Source of the DNA: a virus | Strand: one strand, 5' to 3' | DNA length: 64,000 nucleotides | IMG/VR virus record: IMGVR_UViG_3300043803_002519 | Part shown: piece after piece, positions 51,417-60,538 of the stretch | How positions within the stretch are numbered: the first letter of the stretch is position 1 | Layout: each line of letters opens with the position of its first letter | The notes under the pieces: generated by a model | Told to the model about the DNA's origin: nothing | Databases searched by the model: none | Seen by the model: the letters and a program-made list of their open reading frames with translations, nothing else | Program-made: the position numbers and the translations under genes

Positions 51417-51805
51417 TCAGTCCACCCGCCCCTGCCGGAGATATCGGAGCACCAGCCGCCGCTGTCGAGCGTCAGGTGGGGGAGAGGCAACTCTTGCTGC
51501 GCGGGGGCCATGGGGTCGCGCGCTTCGCGAAGGCCGCCATCCCCCCAAATCTCCCACACCCGCCAGCCGGGGAGCCAGCGTTGGTATGGGTCGGCGTGGT
51601 CAATCCAAGGCTCCCCGCTCGCGGAATCAGAGATGCAGATGAGGGTCCTGCCCTCGGCCCAGGGGAGCACTGCTGGGTGCGGGTCGGCGGCGGCCAGCTG
51701 CTCTCGCGTGACCACGCTGCCGTACTCGGCCTCCAGAGCGTACCACTTTCCGACGTCGAGTACCTCCTTGCGCTCGAGGTCCACGAGGTAGTAGTCGACG
51801 CCCAC
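51413..51805 (-). CDS. Hypothetical Trp-rich protein (130 aa)
   Basis: GTG at 51805 overlaps the polymerase stop (TAGTG). The rest of ORF 51413..52294 lies inside the polymerase gene. Confidence 0.5.
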   Translation of the reverse strand: MGVDYYLVDLERKEVLDVGKWYALEAEYGSVVTREQLAAADPHPAVLPWAEGRTLICISDSASGEPWIDHADPYQRWLPGWRVWEIWGDGGLREARDPMAPAQQELPLPHLTLDSGGWCSDISGRGGWTE

Positions 51806-53700
51806 TACCCCTCCGTCGGAGGTTTGGGGGTCCACACCTGCAGGCGGCCGTTCTCGTCGACCACCCGCTCGGCGCTCTTCGACCAGCGGTCGGAGGCCTC
51901 GGTCTCTACGCGGACGGCGACGTCCGGCATGTAGTACCGCATGCACTCGACCATGATCTCCTCGAGGCGGACCGCGGCCTCGTGCACCCGGGCGATGGGT
52001 GCGGACAGGAGCACCTCGTCGTGCACGAAGGCGTGGACCAGGCACCCGTACAGCGGGCTCGGCGCTTCGCCGGGAAGGGGCGGCAGGAAGCACTCCCGCA
52101 CGATGGCGCGCAGGGCCCGCTTCGCGCCGTCGGCGGCGAGGCCTTGGAAGAGGCTGTTGCACGCCGCGGTGTAGCGGCACCCGCCCCGCACACGCCCGGA
52201 GCGCAGCTGCGTCAGGTCGAAGGTCTCGCCGGTGCCCGCCAGCTGGGAGATGTAGGCGAAGTAGTCCTTCATCTCCGGGTAAGCGTCGAACCACACCTGC
52301 TTCAGCTCGGCGACGAAGTCCCGGTCGAGGACGAGCCCATACCCGAGGGCGAACTCCACGAAGGCGTCGGGGCCCATGCCGCCGGGGAAGCCGAAGTTCA
52401 AACTTTTCGATAGCTGGCGTTTTTCCTTTGCTTCGGGGTCTTTGGTCGTGTAACGGGCGAGGGCCTCCTCGTAGGGGATGCCCATGATCTGAGCCGCCGT
52501 CACGAGGTGCAAGTCCTTGCCCTCGTTGATGGCGTCCGCCATCGCCGAGTGGCCGAAGAGGTCAAGACAGACCTGGGCGAGCGCGACGAGCTCCACGGTG
52601 GAGTAGTCCGAGTCCACGAAGGCATACCCTTCCGGCGGCCGGTACAACTCTCGGATACCCCCCTTCCGGGGCATCTGCTGGATGTTGGGGTTGAAGCTGC
52701 TCGTGCGCCCGGTCTCCTTCAGCACGTCGTAGCTGGGGTTCACGATGCCCTGCTTCAGCATCGGGATGAACGCCGACAGCAGCTTCTCCGCGCTGGCGGC
52801 TTCTCCAATGGCGACGAGCAGGTCGTCACCAGAGGCGAGAAGGGTGTCGCCGGCGGTGGACGTCGCGCCCTTCTCCGTGACGGGCAGGGGCACGCCCCGC
52901 GCAGCGTAGGCGCGCTCCACGCGAGCCTTCAGCACCTTCATGTCCTTGGAGCCGTTGGCCCGCAGGATGCCCGCTTGCCGCATCTTGGCGTGCACGTCGG
53001 CCACGCTGGCTTGGAGCTCGGCCTCCAGCTTGGCGACCCCATCGAGGTCGACCTCGAGGCCGGACATGGAGATGAGATGCAGCGCCCACGCGGCGTCCGT
53101 CTGGGGAAGCTCGTCCACGAGGGTCTCGGTGCCCTGTGCGAGGAACACGTCGAGGGTGGTGATGGCGTCCGTCAGGGCGTAGGCCATCGCGTCCTGAGGG
53201 TACTTGTGGATGGGTACGCCGTCGAGCTCGGAGTACCGCAGGCGCCAGGTGTCCCCGCCCTTGTCCATGGGGGTGTTGAGGTAGCGCTCGCTGAGCGCCC
53301 CCAGCGAGAAGCTGGGCATCTTGTTGGTGATGGCGTCGAAGCTCAGCCGGCCCTGGGCCAGCATGAACAGCTTGTCGCGGACCTGTACGTCTCGGATGCG
53401 CTCGTTGTCGTAGGCCGCGAACACCAGCCGCATCATGCGGTCGGGCTCGGGCGCCCAGGTGACGGCGAGGCCGAGGTCATAGGCGACGTTGGCGCCGACG
53501 AGGATCACGTCGGTGTCCTCCAGCCAGCCGTAGAGGCGCTCCCACCCGTCGTCCACGGCGACAAGGTCGACCTCGCCTCCTTCGGCGAAGGACATGCACA
53601 CCGGCTTGGGTGCGAGGATGCCGGGCTCGATGAGGTACGACTCGAAGTCGAACGCCACGTAGCGTGGCGAAGGGGAGGGCATGGGGGTCTCCAGAGACAA
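51805..53700 (-). CDS. Family A DNA polymerase with 3'-5' exonuclease (631 aa)
   Basis: Exo I FDFES, Exo II NVAYD, Exo III YALTD. Pol motif A DSDYSTVEL, motif B RQLSKSLNFG, motif C VHDEV. Confidence 0.9.
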   Translation of the reverse strand: MSLETPMPSPSPRYVAFDFESYLIEPGILAPKPVCMSFAEGGEVDLVAVDDGWERLYGWLEDTDVILVGANVAYDLGLAVTWAPEPDRMMRLVFAAYDNERIRDVQVRDKLFMLAQGRLSFDAITNKMPSFSLGALSERYLNTPMDKGGDTWRLRYSELDGVPIHKYPQDAMAYALTDAITTLDVFLAQGTETLVDELPQTDAAWALHLISMSGLEVDLDGVAKLEAELQASVADVHAKMRQAGILRANGSKDMKVLKARVERAYAARGVPLPVTEKGATSTAGDTLLASGDDLLVAIGEAASAEKLLSAFIPMLKQGIVNPSYDVLKETGRTSSFNPNIQQMPRKGGIRELYRPPEGYAFVDSDYSTVELVALAQVCLDLFGHSAMADAINEGKDLHLVTAAQIMGIPYEEALARYTTKDPEAKEKRQLSKSLNFGFPGGMGPDAFVEFALGYGLVLDRDFVAELKQVWFDAYPEMKDYFAYISQLAGTGETFDLTQLRSGRVRGGCRYTAACNSLFQGLAADGAKRALRAIVRECFLPPLPGEAPSPLYGCLVHAFVHDEVLLSAPIARVHEAAVRLEEIMVECMRYYMPDVAVRVETEASDRWSKSAERVVDENGRLQVWTPKPPTEG

Positions 53701-53756
53701 GTACGGCCCGACCCCCGCGTGAGCGCAGGCCGGGCCGCCTTGGTGAGGGGTGGGGG

Positions 53757-54191
53757 CTACTCGGTGACCGCGTAGAAGTTGTGCTTGCTGAAGTCGCCGC
53801 CGGCCTTGGTCTTGGTCGGCTCGACCACGATGCGGAGCGCCGAGCCTGCGAGCGCGGTCCCGTCTCCCTCGAGGGCCTCCTCGATGGTCCCCTCGTCCAC
53901 GTCGTCCTCGTCAGCGTTGGTGGCCGCCATGATGAACGCCTTGATGTCGGCGAGCGCCATGTCGGGGTACTTCCCGTTGAGCTTGGTCATCCACGTCGCC
54001 GCCGTGCCCGCGGGCAGGTCGGGGTTGGTGGACTCCTGGATGTCGAAGTCGACGACGAAGAACTGGTCGCTGCCGACCTTGCTCTCGACGTGGCGGACGC
54101 TGACGACGCTGACGTCGTAGCGACCCTTCGTGAAGAACTGACCCTTGGGGCGCGCGGCCCCGACCTTGCCGATTTTGCTGAAGATGCCCAT
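53757..54191 (-). CDS. Hypothetical protein with its own strong promoter (144 aa), ssDNA-binding candidate by position only
   Basis: Clean ORF. A near-consensus sigma70-type promoter lies about 60 nt upstream. Confidence 0.6.
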   Translation of the reverse strand: MGIFSKIGKVGAARPKGQFFTKGRYDVSVVSVRHVESKVGSDQFFVVDFDIQESTNPDLPAGTAATWMTKLNGKYPDMALADIKAFIMAATNADEDDVDEGTIEEALEGDGTALAGSALRIVVEPTKTKAGGDFSKHNFYAVTE

Positions 54192-54254
54192 GTTGTTGTC
54201 CTGTTGCGTTGCGGTTTACGTTGTGGTTCCGTCGAACGGTTGCTCGACTCAGGG

Positions 54255-54282
54255 ATAGTATCAGAGTTCTATGTGGAGTCAA
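54255..54282 (-). promoter_or_regulatory. Near-consensus sigma70-type promoter TTGACT-16 nt-TACTAT (minus strand)
   Basis: Read directly: -35 is the reverse complement of 54277-54282 and -10 is the reverse complement of 54255-54260. It sits in a local low-GC island. Confidence 0.6.
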
Positions 54283-54460
54283 GAGGCGTAGCGCGAAGTG
54301 CATCATTTTTTCTGGCCACGGCCGGTCGTCCCTCGTCGGGTAGCAACGCCTCCCCCGCCGCCCGCAGCCGGTCGATGACCAGCGCGCGGGAGCAGCGGGG
54401 GATGTTGCGCGACTCGGCGGGGAGGGAGGAGAGGAGCGCGCGGGCGGCGGCGGGGGTCAA
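54269..54460 (-). CDS. Possible small protein (63 aa)
   Basis: TTG start in a TTGA overlap with the upstream stop. Peptide ...NIPRCSRALVIDRLRAAGEALLPDEGRPAV looks natural. Confidence 0.3.
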   Translation of the reverse strand: MTPAAARALLSSLPAESRNIPRCSRALVIDRLRAAGEALLPDEGRPAVARKNDALRATPLDST

Positions 54461-54660
54461 TAGTAGGAGCCCCCACCGCCAACCCGCTTGTTCCGTTCTA
54501 TGACCGCAGGGGCGCAGGCTGGGCAGTAGTCCACGCCCCGGCGCCAGTAGACCCAGCCCTTCGCCTTCAGCGTGCGCCGGGTGGTGTAGGTGTCGGCCGG
54601 CGGCGTAAGCCCCTCGACAGCGGCGCATGTGTTGCACACGAGGACGGTGCGGGCGCTCAC
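54457..54660 (-). CDS. Zinc-ribbon protein (67 aa)
   Basis: CNTC...CPAC. Confidence 0.55.
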   Translation of the reverse strand: MSARTVLVCNTCAAVEGLTPPADTYTTRRTLKAKGWVYWRRGVDYCPACAPAVIERNKRVGGGGSYY

Positions 54661-54875
54661 GACTTCGCCCCGGCGGCTAACCGCAACCGCTCCACCTCGG
54701 CGGTGAGTTCGTCCACGCGGGCGAGGGCGGCGCGGAGGTGCTTCTCCGCGTCGGTCAGTCGGCGGTTCATGGGCGCGGCCTTCATCTTGCCAGACAGGCG
54801 CTGGGCTACAATGAAGCGCGTGTGGAGATCGAACGCCGCCAACGCCTCCCGAGCGGCGGTGAGGGGGTCAGACAT
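54657..54875 (-). CDS. Small coiled-coil protein (72 aa)
   Basis: ORF track; 4-nt overlaps with both neighbours. Confidence 0.5.
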   Translation of the reverse strand: MSDPLTAAREALAAFDLHTRFIVAQRLSGKMKAAPMNRRLTDAEKHLRAALARVDELTAEVERLRLAAGAKS

Positions 54876-55257
54876 CGGAGGCTCCCTGGGTGGTGAGGGC
54901 GGCGAGCGCCCCGAGCAACCGGCGCACTTCGCCCTCCGTCAGCTCGACATTCCGATGGCAGCATTCGACACGGGCGGCCGACGCATTCAGCGCGGCATCG
55001 CGCCGCCAGAACGCGGCGCTCATGGCGGTGGTCTGGGTCTGTGGCTCGTCCGCGAGGAGCGCCGTGGCCTCGGCACGGTAGGCGCTGGTTCGGAATGCGT
55101 ATTGGTCCATCCACGCGATGCGTGAGTCCACCATGGCGGCCCCCAGCGCGAGCGTTGCCGCTTCGTAGGCGGCGATGGCGGCCTCGATGTTCTCGGGGGT
55201 GGGGTCGCTTTTGTGGAGCGTGGTGGCTACGGAGGCGATGAGGCTGTCGATGTTCAT
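54868..55257 (-). CDS. Hypothetical protein (129 aa)
   Basis: ATG at 55257 inside ORF 54868..55317. Confidence 0.5.
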   Translation of the reverse strand: MNIDSLIASVATTLHKSDPTPENIEAAIAAYEAATLALGAAMVDSRIAWMDQYAFRTSAYRAEATALLADEPQTQTTAMSAAFWRRDAALNASAARVECCHRNVELTEGEVRRLLGALAALTTQGASDV

Positions 55258-55298
55258 GGGATGTCCTTGAGGGTGCGAATCTGCCCTTGGGCGCGGGG

Positions 55299-55874
55299 TC
55301 ACGGCTTCACCGTCCACCCGCGGCGCGTGGCCTCGGCTTCGATGTAGGCGCGGGCCTCGACCTCGGTGGCGAAGCTACGCACGTTCGGGCGCCAGTGCGC
55401 GAGCCACGTCTCGCCGGATGCCCGCGGGCGGTCGACCTGCGCGAGCCTTCGATTGCTCCTGCCCAGGAGGAGGATGTACCCAGGATAGCGGAAGGGCTCC
55501 GTCTCCCACCTCGCTACGTTGGCGGGCTTCTCCGTTGCCTCCCCCGTGGACGCCCGCAGCCCCTTCATCAAGGACGAGTCCGGATTCAGAAGCTGGTAGC
55601 TCAGCCACTCCATCGCGGCATCGCGGCCCTCGTTGTAGTAGCCCCCCGCCGAGTCGCCGCTGGCGTGCATCGCCTTCGCCGTGGCCTTGGCCTCGGTGGA
55701 GATGTCGGAGCACGCGCGGGCGAGGTGGGCGAGGTGGGCGGGGTTCAGCGGGGCCTTCAGGGCACAGAGCAGGGCCTCCGCCTCGTTGGGGAGAACGGCC
55801 CAGGCGTAGCCGCCAGCGACGGCGCGCTCGAGGGCAGAGATGAGGTGCGGGGGTACGGTCGGCGGCGTCGACAT
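55299..55874 (-). CDS. Hypothetical protein (191 aa)
   Basis: ORF track; starts 2 nt after the helicase stop. Confidence 0.55.
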   Translation of the reverse strand: MSTPPTVPPHLISALERAVAGGYAWAVLPNEAEALLCALKAPLNPAHLAHLARACSDISTEAKATAKAMHASGDSAGGYYNEGRDAAMEWLSYQLLNPDSSLMKGLRASTGEATEKPANVARWETEPFRYPGYILLLGRSNRRLAQVDRPRASGETWLAHWRPNVRSFATEVEARAYIEAEATRRGWTVKP

Positions 55875-55876
55875 GG

Positions 55877-58591
55877 TCAGGTCTCCGAGGACTGCGAGTA
55901 GAACGATGCCAGCAGCAGCTTCTGCTGCTGGCCGGTGGACTGTTGAACGTAGGCCGCGTCGTCGCGCGCGGCGGTGAGGTAGGACAGGGCGATGCCGTCC
56001 CAGAAGGGCACCTCGACGAGGACGTCGTCCGCGTCCTGACCTTCCCTATGCGTGCGCCCGATGCAGTTGCCGACGACAGCGACCTTGCCGTTTCTCCGAG
56101 TGATGATTGCTCCGGACGCCACTTCAGCGCACCACACCCGCTCGGTATCCTGAGAGGGCACTACGCCCCAGGTCGGGCGGCTCAGCCACCTCTTGCAGGA
56201 CGCCGACCGAGAGGTCACGTCTTCTGAGTAGTGCAAGAACCACATCTTCTTGTGGACCGACACGTTGCATCGAATCCCCCGGCGAACGCACAAGGACTGA
56301 AGCTGGTCCGCCACGCCCTTCCTGCTGGAGCAGATCGTGGCCGTGTGCGGAGTGTACCGGTCACCGGTATAGGCGCCATTCGTTTTGTTACCGTCCCCGG
56401 CCCACATTCCGTGAAGTAGCACGAGAAGTTGCCTGCGCGTCAACTGCGTCAGGGTGTCGGGGAGGTCCTTGTTCAAGAACGGCTGGAGCACTCGCCACCC
56501 GCGGCACTCCGCGCCATCCTGTCCCCCCAGGTCTCGGAACCTGCGGTCCCCGGGAATCTTGCTGTTACCGGAAACTGTCCACTTGTGAAGGGCGAACCGA
56601 CGCTTTCCGAAGTTCGTCGGCGTAGTCACGAGGACGTGGCGGAATCGGAAGTTGCAAGCGCGCAGGGTGTCCTCGCAGAGGCGGACTATCTCTGGGTATC
56701 GGTCAGACTGAAACAAGCTGATCGTTCCGTTGGTCATGTTCCCGTCTGTCATGAACAGCCCAATGAACGTCAGTTCTGCATCGGTCAACGGAGCCTCCTC
56801 GCCCGGCTGTTCCCCCGCCACAGGAATCCGGAACGCTGGGGGCATCTCGGACGCCTGCACGAAGCTCCGCGGGCCGTACACGAGGCCGTCTCGCCCCGCA
56901 GGGCCGAGGCGCTTCGCGCGCTGGCACACCATTCGGTGGCCCGCCGTTACGCGAATGTCCAGGTGTGGATTGCTCAGTCCGAACATCTCCTCCTTGCCGA
57001 GAAGCCGCTCCACCCTCTTCCCGAAGGACCAGGTGACTGTGCCGTCTTCCACGGAATATGCCGCCACGTCCTCCCCCGCGGGCCACGGGTCGTCGATCCC
57101 TACCCAGCCGAGTCGCGTGAGGATTTCGGTCTTCTCATCCAAGCACTGTTCCCACACCTTCCCCGACGACGAGACCTCGGGGACCAGGTTGGTGTTCCAG
57201 GCCTGCAGGTTCCGCCCGGTGCCGAAGCTCGAGCGGGACAGCGCCACGGTGCGGGGCTTCTTGGGCACGGGCGCGCCGGGGCGGAGGACCGCCATGCCGC
57301 ACTCCTCCAGCGCGTCGAGCAGGGCGATGGACTCGCACCACACCAGCACCGGGCCGCGCTCGCGCTCGAGCCGGTCGACGCAGTCGAGCAGGTCGTCGAC
57401 GAAGGCGTAGGACAGCCACGTCGTCTTGACCGGCGGCGGGCGTTGGTACTGCTCGTCCCACCTGCCGAGGGCCATGCTGTCGACGGAGGTCCCTTGCCCG
57501 GCGCGCACGCGCTGCTCAACCTGCAGGGGGCTGTCGACGCCGGGTAGGCGTCGGGCGAGGGTGTTGCGGACGACGCGGGCCCAGCCCGCGCGGGCCTCCA
57601 GCCACTGCTGGTCGGGTCCTTTCGGGCCCCAGTCCCAGGTGTAGTAGAAGCCGGTCTGGAGCTGGCGCATGGCCGCGGCCTGCTCGCTGGCCCGGAGCAA
57701 CTCCGTTCCGTCGGGGAGCTCCCAGCGGGTGCGGAGGACCTTCATGGCCTCGACGAGGGCCTCGGGCTTGTTGAGGCGGCGGGTCCGCAGGATGATGCTG
57801 CACTCCGCCGCGGAGGTGTCGACGGTGCAGATGACGCCCGGCGCGGAGCGCAGGCGGGCGTAGTAGCTGGCCCGGGGAGTGTTCTCCGGGGTGGGGTAGG
57901 CGTCGACGAGGGGCTGCACCGCCGCGCGCTGGTGGTCGGTGGGCGGGGCCTCGGGGCGCGCGTCGATGCACGCCGCCCAGGCCTGCACCTCCACCCAGTC
58001 TCGGGGGAGGGGGCTGCGCTCGCGCAGGGCGAGCTCGGCGATGTGGTCGTAGTCGAGCAGGCTGCGGTTGGACATCGTCCCGCTGAGCGCCACGAGGCGC
58101 GTGTCGGGGTGCTCCTGGAACCACTGGATGAAGCGCCGCGTGCGCGCCGACTCCCGCCGGGCGAGGCAGTGGACCTCGTCCGCGACGATGAGGTCGGGCG
58201 CATGGGCCGTGAGCATCGCCTGCTTCTTGGCGCTGGAGAGGTCGTCGTAGCTCATCACGAGCAGGTTCTCGTGGATGCGGAAGTGGTCCCTCCACCGGTT
58301 CACTTCGGCCTTGGTCTGCGCGAGGAGCGAGGAGGGCACCAGCAGCAGCGGGCGGTAGGTGTTGGGGACGACCGACGGCGCGAGCACGGAGATGAGGAAC
58401 TTCCCCTGCCCGACACCGATGACGCCCAGCAGCCCGTCGCTGCGCTGGGCCTCCCCGAGCGCGGCGAGCTGGACCTGCCTCAGAGCGTGGGGGGTGCCCG
58501 GCACGAGCAGGTCCTCCGCGTGAGCGGGGGGCAGACGGTCCGCCGCATCGAGGCGGGGCAGCGACAGGATGCGGCGGACCTCAGGGAGCAT
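55877..58591 (-). CDS. SNF2/DEAH-type helicase interrupted by an intein (904-aa precursor)
   Basis: GVGQGKF (motif I-like), ADEVH (DExH), SGTMSN (III). Motif VI is split as ...WEQ / CIGRTHREGQ. Confidence 0.8.
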   Translation of the reverse strand: MLPEVRRILSLPRLDAADRLPPAHAEDLLVPGTPHALRQVQLAALGEAQRSDGLLGVIGVGQGKFLISVLAPSVVPNTYRPLLLVPSSLLAQTKAEVNRWRDHFRIHENLLVMSYDDLSSAKKQAMLTAHAPDLIVADEVHCLARRESARTRRFIQWFQEHPDTRLVALSGTMSNRSLLDYDHIAELALRERSPLPRDWVEVQAWAACIDARPEAPPTDHQRAAVQPLVDAYPTPENTPRASYYARLRSAPGVICTVDTSAAECSIILRTRRLNKPEALVEAMKVLRTRWELPDGTELLRASEQAAAMRQLQTGFYYTWDWGPKGPDQQWLEARAGWARVVRNTLARRLPGVDSPLQVEQRVRAGQGTSVDSMALGRWDEQYQRPPPVKTTWLSYAFVDDLLDCVDRLERERGPVLVWCESIALLDALEECGMAVLRPGAPVPKKPRTVALSRSSFGTGRNLQAWNTNLVPEVSSSGKVWEQCLDEKTEILTRLGWVGIDDPWPAGEDVAAYSVEDGTVTWSFGKRVERLLGKEEMFGLSNPHLDIRVTAGHRMVCQRAKRLGPAGRDGLVYGPRSFVQASEMPPAFRIPVAGEQPGEEAPLTDAELTFIGLFMTDGNMTNGTISLFQSDRYPEIVRLCEDTLRACNFRFRHVLVTTPTNFGKRRFALHKWTVSGNSKIPGDRRFRDLGGQDGAECRGWRVLQPFLNKDLPDTLTQLTRRQLLVLLHGMWAGDGNKTNGAYTGDRYTPHTATICSSRKGVADQLQSLCVRRGIRCNVSVHKKMWFLHYSEDVTSRSASCKRWLSRPTWGVVPSQDTERVWCAEVASGAIITRRNGKVAVVGNCIGRTHREGQDADDVLVEVPFWDGIALSYLTAARDDAAYVQQSTGQQQKLLLASFYSQSSET
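56066..57145 (-). mobile_element. Intein (360 aa, residues C483-N842) with a LAGLIDADG homing endonuclease
   Basis: Begins CLDEKTEIL, has TAGH (block B TxxH), has LAGLIDADG motifs FIGLFMTDGN and LLHGMWAGDGN, and ends VVGN followed by +1 Cys. Excision restores QCIGRTHREGQ. Confidence 0.8.
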
Positions 58592-58597
58592 GGCGGC

Positions 58598-60538
58598 TTA
58601 GCGCGTCCCGCGCAGGACGAACGCCGCGGTGGGGACGAGGGCCTGGGAGACCTCCTTCCACACGCCGTTCATGGAGTCGACCAGAAGCAGCGTGCCGTCC
58701 GCGGGCAGCGCGAGGCTGGCCATGTACGCCACCGTGCGCTCGCCGGCGCGGAAGTCCCGGAGGAACGCCGGGCCGCCGGTGGACTTCTCGTAGCTGGCGA
58801 TGATGGGGGCGAGGTAGGCCTCCATGGTCTGCACCGTCCACCCCTGCGGTGCGACGACGATGCCCACGTCGACGAGGAGGGCGAAGCCATTCTGTACGGA
58901 GGATGCGGGCAGCGTGGGGGTCTCGGTGGGGGTCTCGGTGGGGGTGGCCTTGACCACCTCGACGGGCTCGGCCCGCGCCACCACGTCGAGTGCGACCGCT
59001 TGGGCCACCTCCTCCGTGGGCGTGGTCGGGCCGACGAGCGACAGGTCGAGGCCCTTGAGCGTCAGGGCACCGGGCCACGCCGCGCAGGCGCGCTCGACGT
59101 GGGACCACGCCACGCGCTGCAGGTCGAGGGCCGAGCCCACGATGGCGCGCAGATCCTTCGAGGAGATGGTGGTCTTGCCGTCGGCGAGCTCGCGCTCGAT
59201 GGCCGCTTCGGCCACGGGGTAGTCGAAGCCTTGGTGCGCCACGGCGCGGGGGCCGGGGGGCGCGGTGGTGGCCCGCTCGGCGACGATGGGGGTGCCGGCC
59301 TGTTCTGCGATGGCCTTGGCCTGCGCCAGCGCGGTGGCCATGGCCTCGGCGGTGGTCTGGGCCTCGGCGCGCCGGGCCTCCTCCTCTTCCTTGGCCTTCG
59401 CCTTCTCGGCGGCCGCGCGCTCGATAGCGCGCTGGGCCTCGACGACCTCCACGGCGGCGGAGTCCCAGCCCTCCAGCCACGCGGTGTCCTTGGCCGAGCC
59501 CTCCTTGTACGGGGACTCGCGCCCCTCCTCGGCGGCGTAGGCCGTGCGCCCATCGAGGCGGAAAGCGACCTCGTCGACCGTGGGGGCGGCCTTGACCGTG
59601 GGGGTCTCGACCTGTGCGGCCTCGTCGACCGCGGCGATTGCCGCCGCGAGGGCAGGGGCACCCGTCGGGATGCTGGAGGGGGTCGGGGGGGTGCCTTCGG
59701 CCTTGGCGAGGGCGGCCTTCTCGGCCCGGGCGCGGATGAGGTCTTGGAGCTTGGACATGGGGGTTTCTCCTGAGGCAGTGGGAATGGTGGAGGCCTTGAT
59801 ACGGCCGATGTTGGCGAAGGGGGACGAGGGGTTGGCCTGGCCGCGCTGGCAGTGCGACAGGTACGGGCACCCGCCGAAGGCACTGCAGGCCTGGACGACG
59901 GCGGGGACCTTCGTCACCTCGAGGGTGGCCCACTCTGCCATGCGGTGGCTCAGGGGGACGATGGTCTCCGACCACACCTTGCGGGTGTGCCGGGTGTCGA
60001 GGACCGCGGAGACCTCGGCGGTCTGGGCGGTGGCCTTGTGGACCTGAAGGTGGGCCACCGACACAGCGTTGGGCTTGTAGGTGTTGAGCGCCCACACCGC
60101 GTAGGGCACCATCTGCAGGTCCGTGCGGAGCTCCTCCTCCGTCTTCGCCCACTTCCAGTCCCCGACCGTCTTGAAGTCGACGATGCCCAGGGTGTGGGGC
60201 AGAGCGGTCAGGTCGACAAGGTCGATGAAGCCCAACAGGGGGACGGCGAGGCCGGTGTCCGTCGGGGACAGCTTGACCTCCTGCTCCGAGATGAGCCGAC
60301 CGTTGCCGTGGCTGCGCGGGGGGTAGTGCCTGGTGAGGGCCGACGCACGGAGGTCGATGGGGGTCGTGCCGTGCTTGAGGTAGTCCTCCACCTGCTTGTG
60401 GATGGCGCTGCCCTCAATCAGGGCGCGGGTTGGCTCGGGCTTCGGCAGGTCCGACAGCTTCTCAAACCACCACTTGCGGGGGCAGAGCGCCGCCGTCTTG
60501 AGCTGGCTGGCGCTGGTGCGGTCATGGGTCTTGGGCAC
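58598..60538 (-). CDS. Cas4/RecB-like PD-(D/E)xK nuclease fused to a long C-terminal extension (646 aa)
   Basis: N-terminal CPRKWWF Cys, FIDLVD...IVDFKT core, and C-terminal CSAFGGCPYLSHC (a Cas4-type four-Cys arrangement). GTG at 60538 in a TAGTG overlap. Confidence 0.65.
   Translation of the reverse strand: MPKTHDRTSASQLKTAALCPRKWWFEKLSDLPKPEPTRALIEGSAIHKQVEDYLKHGTTPIDLRASALTRHYPPRSHGNGRLISEQEVKLSPTDTGLAVPLLGFIDLVDLTALPHTLGIVDFKTVGDWKWAKTEEELRTDLQMVPYAVWALNTYKPNAVSVAHLQVHKATAQTAEVSAVLDTRHTRKVWSETIVPLSHRMAEWATLEVTKVPAVVQACSAFGGCPYLSHCQRGQANPSSPFANIGRIKASTIPTASGETPMSKLQDLIRARAEKAALAKAEGTPPTPSSIPTGAPALAAAIAAVDEAAQVETPTVKAAPTVDEVAFRLDGRTAYAAEEGRESPYKEGSAKDTAWLEGWDSAAVEVVEAQRAIERAAAEKAKAKEEEEARRAEAQTTAEAMATALAQAKAIAEQAGTPIVAERATTAPPGPRAVAHQGFDYPVAEAAIERELADGKTTISSKDLRAIVGSALDLQRVAWSHVERACAAWPGALTLKGLDLSLVGPTTPTEEVAQAVALDVVARAEPVEVVKATPTETPTETPTLPASSVQNGFALLVDVGIVVAPQGWTVQTMEAYLAPIIASYEKSTGGPAFLRDFRAGERTVAYMASLALPADGTLLLVDSMNGVWKEVSQALVPTAAFVLRGTR

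Noticed and set aside
51413-52294. Full 293-aa minus ORF overlapping the DNA polymerase gene
   Set aside because: The upstream two thirds lie inside the polymerase coding region in another frame and have shadow-frame composition. Only the part downstream of the polymerase stop (51413..51805) is kept.
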